From the NCBI GenBank assembly GCA_000146045.2, contig BK006948.2:128001-192000 (forward strand): a stretch of DNA of 64,000 nt. Reading direction: 5' to 3'. The notes beneath the pieces are model-generated. The model was not told the DNA's origin. It saw nothing but the letters and a program-made list of their open reading frames with translations, and searched no databases. Within the stretch, counting starts at the first letter, position 1, and the number at the start of each line of letters is the position of its first letter. This document shows, piece after piece, positions 33,601 through 43,069 of this stretch. The stretch is from TPA_inf: Saccharomyces. Lineage: Eukaryota. The translations under genes were made by a program, and so were the position numbers.

Positions 33601-34355
33601 CATGGTCGCTCTATTGTTCGCACCACCGGCAAACTCGCGTCTCGCAAGTCTTGGCTCATTCTTCTAGTATACTCATGTTGCAAATGCACTCAGGTTCTTT
33701 CGGCAACTTAAATAATGACACCAGTTGTCGTGGTCGTCATCATCGCAACCCCAACCGGCATTCTTATTGCTTCTCCAATCTCGCCCCTTAGCGCAGGGTA
33801 AACCTTGGAAAATGCAGGCGCAAAAAACTCCGCCGGGCACAGCCTCACGCCCAGCGTTATCGCCGGGCCGGCAAGAGCGCGGGTCCGCCACAGAGTCAGC
33901 ATGATTGTGCAATTGCGTAAACTCGTTTTTTCGGCGCCGCAAAGCCAAATACATCATATCAACACTTTTCACTTTATTTTTCGTTCGACCCTTATATTTG
34001 TCTTTTGCCTTCATGCTCCTTGATTTCCTATTTCATTTACCATCATTTCTTCGATCCCCCTCATCGTGATGTAGTCAACCCTCTTCTTGTTTTAATACGT
34101 TAATCTCCCTGAAATACTTTAAATACGTATGTGCGCAAGTGCTTAGAAACATGTATACATCGAGTATATATATATGTATGTATTCGCTTGATGTGGGTTC
34201 TTGGTTATCTATCCTTTATTGTATTTACTATGTCTACTACGTCTACGATATTTAGCAAATAGTACTCCTTTTTGTTATACTATTATATTAAGTTATATTT
34301 GAGCACATCATATTCAAAGCAGCGAAAGGTTAGATATTTATAGCACATACGTACT

Positions 34356-37331
34356 ATGGCTGACAGTTCTTCGACTTCGGCGTTCATTTCAACCCTGATT
34401 ATCTACGGTCTTACCGCCGTCGTGTTTGTCTGGCTCTTTTTGCTATTGCGGCCCAAGAATAGAAGAGTATACGAGCCACGGTCTCTTAAGGACATTCAGA
34501 CTATTCCGGAGGAAGAGAGAACGGAACCAGTTCCTGAAGGCTACTTCGGGTGGGTTGAATATCTACTCTCGAAACCGCACTCGTTTCTCATCCAGCACAC
34601 AAGCGTGGACGGCTATTTTCTGTTAAGATATATCGGTATCGTGGGTTCACTTTCGTTTGTGGGCTGTTTGCTTCTTTTACCGATATTGCTTCCCGTGAAC
34701 GCTACCAACGGTAACAACCTTCAAGGCTTTGAACTGCTATCATTTTCAAATGTTACCAACAAGAACAGGTTTTACGCGCACGTTTTCCTCTCGTGGATCT
34801 TTTTTGGCCTGTTCACCTATGTCATCTACAAGGAGCTGTATTACTACGTCGTGTTTAGACATGCTATGCAGACAACACCACTCTATGACGGACTGCTGTC
34901 TTCTAGGACGGTTATCGTCACAGAATTGCACAAGAGCATCGCTCAAGAGGGGGAGATGCAAATGCGTTTCCCCAAGGCTTCCAATGTGGCCTTCGCGTAT
35001 GATCTCTCAGACTTGCAAGAATTGTGTAAAGAAAGAGCTAAGAACGCTGCGAAGTACGAAGCTGCGTTGAATAAGGTTCTAAACAAGTGCGTGAAAATGA
35101 CCCGAAACAAGACCCAAAAGCAACTTGACAAGTTGTACAATAACGGTACCAAGCCAAAGGACGATTTAGAGACATACGTGCCACATAAAAAGCGCCCTAA
35201 ACATCGTTTGGGAAAATTGCCGCTTTGTCTAGGCGGCAAAAAAGTTAATACGTTGTCTTATTCTAGTAAAAGGATTGGGGAATTGAACGAAGAGATTCAT
35301 GAAAAACAAGCCGATTGGGCCAGTAATGATAGGCAACCTGCCTGCTTTATCCAGTTCGAGACTCAATTGGAAGCGCAAAGATGCTACCAATCTGTGGAAG
35401 CAATCTTGGGTAAGAAAAATTTTGGTAAGCGTCTTATTGGCTACTCGCCAGAAGACGTTAACTGGGGCAGCATGCGTCTCAGTTCAAAGGAGAGACACTC
35501 CAGGAGAGCTGTGGCAAATACAATCATGGTGTTATTGATTATCTTTTGGGCTTTCCCCGTTGCTGTGGTTGGTATCATCTCCAACGTCAATTTCCTTACC
35601 GATAAAGTTCCCTTCTTACGTTTCATCAACAACATGCCCACCTTCCTGATGGGTGTCATTACTGGTTTGTTGCCTACTATTGCGTTGGTCGTTTTGATGT
35701 CTCTAGTGCCACCTTTTATCGTAATGTTGGGGAAACTTAGTGGTTGCGTCACTAGGCAAGAAACGGATCTATACTCCCAAGCATGGTATTACGCTTTCGC
35801 TGTGATTCAAATCTTTTTAGTTGTCACCGCTACCTCTTCTGCATCTTCCACCGTTGACTCGATTATTGACAGACCAAGATCCGCCATGACACTATTGGCA
35901 AATAACTTGCCAAAGGCATCCAACTTTTATATCATGTACTTCATATTGAAAGGTTTAACTGGCCCCACATGGACGATCTTGCAGGCAGTTAACTTGCTGC
36001 TAAGTAAAGTCCTAGGTAGAGTGTTGGATTCTACCCCAAGGCAAAAATGGAACCGCTACAATACTTTGGCCACGCCGCGCATGGGCATTGTTTACCCAGG
36101 CATTGAAATTCTGGTTTGCATTTATATCTGTTACTCGATTATCGCCCCTATACTGCTATTTTTCAGTACCGTAATGTTGACGCTACTTTATGTGGCGTAT
36201 TTGTACAATTTAAACTACGTGTTTGGCTTCTCCTTCGATTTAAAGGGGCGCAATTATCCAAGAGCACTTTTCCAGATTTTTGTTGGAATTTACTTGAGTG
36301 AAGTATGTCTGCTTGGACTGTTTATCATGGCAAAAACCTGGGGTCCTTTGGTCCTGGAAGTGTTTTGGATCGTGGTCACTGCCCTAGCTCATATATATAT
36401 GAAGAGGAAATTCATACCGCTATTCGACGCAGTTCCTTTAAGCGCCATCAGACATGCAAGAGGTGAGCCCGGCTATTCCTATCCTACATCGGACTTGGGT
36501 CTCCAGGAAATCAAGGACATTGCAGATGAAATGAAGGGCAAATACGAACAAGACAATACACACGGGATTTTGACGCCCGTGACCAAGGATGATTTGAAAA
36601 AGGCCAATCTGATACCAGATAACGATGGCAGCTCAGAGAACGGTACTCCTAGTAACCCCTTTGAGTCTGGTTCTGAACGTGCCTCTCTCTCTGGATCGAA
36701 CGCAGAGAGTGACTCGATCAAGAAATTAAATGATACTGTTATCAAAAAATCAAGCACTCTCTCCTCCTCTACCAAGGACAACAACGAATCTACTTTTGTT
36801 CCAGAGGGTGAAAAGTTTCGCAAGTTTCACTACAGCGATGTTGAGGCATTGAGAAATAAGCGCCCTTATGATGAGGATGATCATAGTAAACATGGACCTG
36901 AAGGTGCCGTGCCAGTAAACGCTGACGCGGGAGTTATTTACAGTGATCCGGCAGCTGTCATGAAAGAGCCTCAGGCATTTCCTCCGGATGTTTTGGAAAC
37001 CAATACTTGGACAAGAAGAATTCTACAATTCTTCAACCCAAGAAGGTCGTATCCTTTCGACAGTGTCAGGATGAGATTCCCACTTGTTTTCAACACCAGC
37101 ATCGAATACGATGAAGAATATTTGAGCTCTGCTTATACCGATCCATGTGTCAGAGAGAAAGATCCCATTGTGTGGTGCTGTAAGGATCCGTTAGGAGTTT
37201 CAAAACAGCAAATTCAAGAGGCTAGGTCTAATGGCTTAGATGTAAGAGATGATTTCACAAGGTACGATGAAAAAGGAAAAGTCATATTCACTTACAACCC
37301 TCCTGATTATGAACCTGAGGCTAAAAAATGA
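34356..37331 (+). CDS. PHM7: CSC1/OSCA/TMEM63-family multi-pass membrane protein (putative calcium-permeable channel), 991 aa
   Basis: N-terminal TM helix, then a cytosolic domain and a C-terminal RSN1_7TM-like multi-TM block. 991 aa equals PHM7 (YOL084W). Confidence 0.88.
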   Translation: MADSSSTSAFISTLIIYGLTAVVFVWLFLLLRPKNRRVYEPRSLKDIQTIPEEERTEPVPEGYFGWVEYLLSKPHSFLIQHTSVDGYFLLRYIGIVGSLSFVGCLLLLPILLPVNATNGNNLQGFELLSFSNVTNKNRFYAHVFLSWIFFGLFTYVIYKELYYYVVFRHAMQTTPLYDGLLSSRTVIVTELHKSIAQEGEMQMRFPKASNVAFAYDLSDLQELCKERAKNAAKYEAALNKVLNKCVKMTRNKTQKQLDKLYNNGTKPKDDLETYVPHKKRPKHRLGKLPLCLGGKKVNTLSYSSKRIGELNEEIHEKQADWASNDRQPACFIQFETQLEAQRCYQSVEAILGKKNFGKRLIGYSPEDVNWGSMRLSSKERHSRRAVANTIMVLLIIFWAFPVAVVGIISNVNFLTDKVPFLRFINNMPTFLMGVITGLLPTIALVVLMSLVPPFIVMLGKLSGCVTRQETDLYSQAWYYAFAVIQIFLVVTATSSASSTVDSIIDRPRSAMTLLANNLPKASNFYIMYFILKGLTGPTWTILQAVNLLLSKVLGRVLDSTPRQKWNRYNTLATPRMGIVYPGIEILVCIYICYSIIAPILLFFSTVMLTLLYVAYLYNLNYVFGFSFDLKGRNYPRALFQIFVGIYLSEVCLLGLFIMAKTWGPLVLEVFWIVVTALAHIYMKRKFIPLFDAVPLSAIRHARGEPGYSYPTSDLGLQEIKDIADEMKGKYEQDNTHGILTPVTKDDLKKANLIPDNDGSSENGTPSNPFESGSERASLSGSNAESDSIKKLNDTVIKKSSTLSSSTKDNNESTFVPEGEKFRKFHYSDVEALRNKRPYDEDDHSKHGPEGAVPVNADAGVIYSDPAAVMKEPQAFPPDVLETNTWTRRILQFFNPRRSYPFDSVRMRFPLVFNTSIEYDEEYLSSAYTDPCVREKDPIVWCCKDPLGVSKQQIQEARSNGLDVRDDFTRYDEKGKVIFTYNPPDYEPEAKK

Positions 37332-37713
37332 TGAATTAGCTTCATTCTTCACTTCTATCTTTTTCTTTGATTTTTTTTTCCCTAATGCATACATGATTTT
37401 TACGTCTTTATATAATACTGTTCTATTCATATTCTAGCCTAGTTTAATTATAATAATATCTATAATGTTTTTTTATATATCCGCATATCTGTGAGCTTGG
37501 GTATACAGAAAAAAATGGCACACGCACCCCTAAAGTAGGTGGGGAGGAAAAAGGAAGTAAGAGAAGGGAAAATCATATGAGAGCATCCAAATAGATCACT
37601 CTAAAAAATATAAACAGGCATGAAACTCAGTCAGTCAAATCAGAGTTAATATTGTAATTATCTGAAACTAGTTCCTATAGGTTGAGTGTCTATCAAAAAT
37701 TTACGGAGACGCG

Positions 37714-38952
37714 ATGAAAATTGCGGTAGAAACGACACTATTCGACTTCTTTGTCATCGATCAGTTTAAAAAATCTACTTTTTCAGCGCCAAACACCAAA
37801 GTTGACACTATTAAGGGTTGTATTAACAAGTTTATTGAACAATTTAATGTATATGATGAGCAACACATATTTTGGCAACCTCCTGGAAAATCAAACGTCA
37901 GATTGCTGTCAAACGCCAATGACTTTGGCCAATTGGGAAACTTTTTGCATAAGAAAATCAAATGTAACATTTTTATTGGAGAAGAAGCATTAAGGAAATA
38001 CGATTTAAATATCTGTGGACCTTATGACAAATTTGTAGAAAATTCTGACCCTAGTGTTAAAAAGGTTGTGAACAGAGATGATGTCATGTTGTCGCGCAAA
38101 TGTTTAAACATCATATCGGAACAACTCTCTATACTTGAGAAGTCCATAAGTAAGGCTCAAAACCAAGTGTTGCAGTCAAGTGAGGTTGAAGGAAAAAAAT
38201 GTATTATCTTGCCGGAAGATAAACCAGAACTCATCAAGTTTTTTTCTAAATTTGAAACGAGTGTTCAGTTACAGGAGGTTTACGAGGGCTATAAGGTATA
38301 TGAAAAGCTATTACAAAAATTTGGTGGGCAAAAAAAAAGAATGGAGTCTTTCTTGAATGAAAACACGCCAATGTCAGGTGCCGAAGCTATCAAGCAAATA
38401 AATATATCTGAGGAGCTCAAGGAAAAAGGGGAACGTTTAACAACACCAAACGATCCGTTATTACACGTTGAGGTGAGTAATGAGGATAACTCGCTGCACT
38501 TTATATTGTACAATAAAACGAATATCATAATTCCAGGAAATTGTACATTTGAATTTTCTAGCCAAATCTCCGAGGTATTCAGTATCAAAATGGGACCGCA
38601 TGAGATAGGCATAAAGGGTCAGAAAGAGCTATGGTTTTTTCCATCATTACCTACTCCTCTCTCCAATTACACAATGAAAGTCGTAAACCAGGATGGAGAA
38701 ACTATTCTGGTTGGTAAATGTGCTGACTCCAATGAAATAACTCTAAAATCTCCACTAGCCTCATTTTCGACAGGCAGTTTCCAGACAGGCAGTTTCCACA
38801 CTTTGCAAGATCCTACTAATGTTTTCCGGGCAGACGCGCTTTCTTCCCCTGATGAATCAAGCATCATGAGCACTCCCTTTCTAGGCGAGACAGATGAAGT
38901 TTATAATTCTGGCTCTACATTAAGTAGGCCATTTACTTGGGAAGAAATATAA
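37714..38952 (+). CDS. ATG34: selective autophagy (Cvt) receptor for alpha-mannosidase, Atg19 paralog, 412 aa
   Basis: It shares with the downstream ATG19 an N-terminal block (FWQP..KSNVR) and MGPHEIGIK (Ams1-binding domain). It ends in FTWEEI, a W-x-x-I/L Atg8-interacting motif. 412 aa equals ATG34 (YOL083W). Confidence 0.9.
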
Positions 38953-39005
38953 ATGCTTTTTTATATTCTTCCAGTTTCTTTGGCTATAGTACTTATTTAA
39001 CTTTT

Positions 39006-39016
39006 ATTTATGTTTT
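39006..39016 (+). other. candidate ARS consensus sequence (ATTTATGTTTT, 11/11 match to WTTTAYRTTTW) in an AT-rich gap
   Basis: A perfect ACS match sits in the 1.77-kb non-coding gap 3' of ATG34, with flanking A/T-rich, easily unwound sequence. I have a vague recollection of an ARS (ARS1511) in this neighbourhood but cannot verify it. Confidence 0.4.
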
Positions 39017-40726
39017 CGTTATATTTTCAACATTTCCGGAAAATAAAAAAGCGACTTTTTGAGGATATTATCCTATCATCTGTTGAGAAACCTAAGACAG
39101 TTAGTTTCTATGATAATACCATCTGAAACGTAAACAGTTTTAAATTTAGCAATAAAAGCTAGGTAAGAAGCCGTGAAATTTCAGTCAACATACAGAAACG
39201 GTATATGTGGCTCCAATCAGAAAGTTCCAATACTATTAAGATGCTGACACAATTAATGTTGGTTTTAAAATAGCCTTGAAGTAAAAGAATTCCCTTGCAA
39301 TAGTAAGTGCAGTTAAGGGAAAATGTGGTAACATATTGTAAACTAGGAAGTTAAAAATATTCCAAATAAATCTGAGTGATAGTCCTTGCAACAACGCCGT
39401 TGGAGTTTTCTTCACACAAAGAAAAGGGTAATGAGAACGAATGAAGAGTACCGAGTAGTGTTAATTCACCATTTCGAACACACCCTCTCATATTGCAGTA
39501 CAAACAACGCAACTATGTATTTCCAGGATTTTAGTGCAATCTCTGGCTCTCCCCATTCACAATACAATGTGAGAATAGTTAAAGCGTTATACACATATAC
39601 TAAATAGTAACTCGAAATAAGCTTTTGTCCGCTTTGAGAAAGTTTACTATTGTTTACTAGACAATAGCAAATAAACAAGAAGTTAGCATCAATAAAATAT
39701 TATTAAAATTTACTTTATGCGACAAAACACCCTGTTGGTTTACGAGAAACGTTAGGTTTTACAGTAATTACACATTAACGCTTTTCCTCTCAAACATGGT
39801 TTAATTGCTGAAGTCCTTGACATTCAAAGCGACAACTTTGGCCAAAAAAGTAAGCAGACAGCGCTTTTTATGTGACATATTTCTAGCAAATCTATTATTT
39901 TTTCAGTTTACATATTTTCATCTCCAAAAATACTATCAATTTAACAATCCTCATTTACGTATAAAATTACAATGCTCTTGTTTTCACATTTTTCGAATAT
40001 GTTTCGTAATTGTTACGCGTTCCATTTGAGAAGCAATTGTGAGTTAATCACTGTCAAAAGGAACTCAGAACGAACAAAATACCTTTTTCGGCATATTTTT
40101 CTGTTCGTAAATGTTTCCAGTTTGTTACATTATCCTTTCTTGTTATAAATGAAGTCTCAAACTTTTCTGACTTGGTAAACTTAAATATAGGCACGGGTGT
40201 TTAAAGCCGCCCACACATCACATTGAGAACGAGGTTATTAGTAGTTTGCACATTTCATTAATAAAAGCACGTTAAACAATTCTTATTATTTACTAAAAAC
40301 CTACTGATGTAACGTAACCATGTGTCAAGCATCTATAAATTCTTGCCAAATATTGTCTTTTGCTATCCATAGACCTCTGTAAATGTTGGGCAACTCGTAT
40401 CTTAAAAAACAATATCCCGTATATTCGTGATGTAGATGCTTCCTTTATAGAGAAACATATAGCACGCTGAGAGTATCATCCATTATAGCGGTTCCATGCG
40501 GAACATAGCACCAAAGAGGTTATTATTTTCTTAATTCTTATTGTATGACCCGGAAAAGGGGCGTGTGACATTGCATAGTATATGTTTACCTGAGGAAAAA
40601 GGAATTCAAGGCTCACGTAAATCTCCATGATATGAGTTTGATAAGGTGTATCAGACGAAAGAAGACTGAATCGAGGTAATTGCGGCGGCACTTGCTTCAG
40701 TAACGCCCAAAGGAGAGTTCTGGTAA

Positions 40727-41974
40727 ATGAACAACTCAAAGACTAACCAACAGATGAACACCTCAATGGGGTACCCCTTAACCGTCTACGATGAATGTAA
40801 CAAATTCCAACTAATTGTGCCAACTTTAGATGCAAATATCATGCTTTGGTGTATTGGACAACTTTCACTGCTGAATGATTCTAACGGTTGTAAGCATTTG
40901 TTTTGGCAACCGAATGACAAGTCAAATGTCCGAATCTTACTAAATAATTATGACTATGGTCACTTGTTCAAATACTTGCAATGTCAAAGAAAATGCTCAG
41001 TTTATATCGGAGAAGGAACGCTTAAGAAATATAATTTGACTATTTCTACATCCTTTGACAACTTTTTGGACCTGACGCCCTCCGAGGAGAAGGAAAGCTT
41101 ATGTAGAGAAGACGCACACGAAGATCCCGTATCTCCAAAGGCTGGTTCCGAAGAAGAGATAAGCCCTAATTCCACCTCTAATGTGGTTGTGTCAAGAGAA
41201 TGCTTGGATAACTTCATGAAACAACTCCTTAAGTTGGAAGAATCGTTAAATAAGTTGGAATTGGAGCAAAAGGTCACAAATAAAGAACCTAACCACAGAA
41301 TAAGCGGTACGATTGACATACCAGAAGATAGGTCCGAACTAGTGAACTTTTTCACAGAGTTGAAAACAGTCAAACAACTTGAGGACGTTTTTCAACGTTA
41401 CCATGACTATGAGAGGTTATCACAAGAATGTGACAGTAAGACGGAAATCGCCTCTGACCATTCGAAAAAGGAAACTAAAATAGAAGTGGAACCCCCAAAT
41501 GAGCGCTCATTGCAAATCACAATGAACCAAAGGGACAATTCATTGTATTTCCAGTTGTTTAACAACACAAACTCTGTTTTGGCAGGCAACTGCAAACTGA
41601 AGTTTACTGACGCTGGCGATAAGCCAACCACGCAAATTATTGACATGGGTCCTCATGAAATAGGAATAAAGGAGTACAAGGAATACCGATACTTTCCATA
41701 CGCACTTGATTTAGAGGCCGGCTCCACTATCGAGATTGAAAATCAGTATGGAGAAGTGATCTTCTTGGGCAAGTATGGCTCTTCTCCAATGATTAACTTA
41801 AGGCCACCTTCAAGATTATCTGCAGAAAGTTTACAGGCATCCCAAGAGCCATTTTACTCCTTTCAAATCGATACGTTACCAGAACTGGATGACTCTAGTA
41901 TCATCAGTACATCCATTTCACTCTCTTATGACGGTGACGACAATGAAAAAGCCCTGACTTGGGAAGAACTCTAG
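40727..41974 (+). CDS. ATG19: selective autophagy (Cvt) receptor for prApe1/Ams1, 415 aa
   Basis: The coiled-coil region is followed by MGPHEIGIK and a C-terminal LTWEEL AIM. 415 aa equals ATG19 (YOL082W). Confidence 0.92.
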
Positions 41975-43069
41975 GTCAAACTCTATTTTTATACAGCAAT
42001 GAGTACCTTTTCACATACACATAAATATATTAAATATAATAAATACAATAAATATAAAATAACCCTTTTCGAAACTCTTTACTTCCTAAGGCCTCTCATT
42101 ACTTATCACCTAGCATCATGCTCTTCATACATGCCATCTACTTTCAAACGATATACGGCTAACCAGAAAAGTACGGACAATCAGGGACGAGCAGGGACAT
42201 GACGCCTTCCGCACAGATCCCAGAGAAAAGCAGGGAAACAAGAAAATAAGAAAACAAGAAAAACAGTAGTTACCCTTGTAAGTGTCATCCACAACAGAAC
42301 CAATACTCTTACTCTTCCGCTCATTCCCCGCAGAATGATAGAACTATTCTAAATCCCCTTGCCTTGCTTGGCCTTGACTTGGGTTGGGACTTGGACCTCT
42401 AGAACCGATGTGCCTTCAAACATCTTAGCGAGATAAGAGTCTGCCATTAATGCATCGAGCCAATATCTTGGACTAGTACGAGGTTCACGTAGCCTTTCTT
42501 GCACGGCACCAGCGTCCCACCCCAAGTTCTTTGCTATACTGACCGCCTTACACATTTTAGTGTGATTCCAACCCAAAGTAGCTCCTCAAAAAGGGTCACC
42601 CGATCGGTGAATCAATCCGCGGCGCAGAAATGTTCGTAGAGCTCTCGTTTCTTCTAGAACGCTCCCTTGATGAAACGAAAATTTCCATCACAATAAAGCT
42701 CGCACGCCTTTTTGAAAACCCCAAGCTTTGCTGTGTCTTCTTGTGAAAAGTTTTGCCCAACGATTATCTATTCTACATATAACCGGGGAGTTAAGCACAT
42801 CCTATTGCCCTACATTCTCTCCGCTTACTTCATTGTCTAGAGCTCCTGGGAAACAAAAGACCGAAAAAGCGAAAACAAAATCAGAACAAGGCTTAAGTAC
42901 TTTTTCACCAATTGTAGCAAACATTTAACCACATTTTAGCACACTAGCATATAGCATTGTCCTCTGTTATTCGTTTTGCTTTTCTCCTTTAGTGTTACTT
43001 TTCCCCCAACGTTACACCATTTTTTGATATCAACTAAACTGTATACATTATCTTTCTTCAGGGAGAAGC

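Noticed and set aside
33673-34023. Overlapping 113-aa minus-strand and 72-aa plus-strand ORFs in the GC-rich island (YOL085C / YOL085W-A-type dubious ORFs)
   Set aside because: The mutually overlapping frames on both strands in a GC-rich patch point to a compositional artefact; only the island itself is reported as a finding.
39386-39678. 73-aa plus-strand and 70-aa minus-strand overlapping ORFs in the ATG34-ATG19 gap
   Set aside because: They overlap each other, show no domain, and sit in an AT-rich spacer. They are consistent with a dubious YOL083C-A-type annotation.
40679-40692. URS1-like GCGGCGGC (Ume6 site) about 40 bp upstream of the ATG19 start
   Set aside because: It matches only the GGCGGC core, not the full TCGGCGGCTA consensus. 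Ume6 control is documented for ATG8, not ATG19. It is too weak to call.
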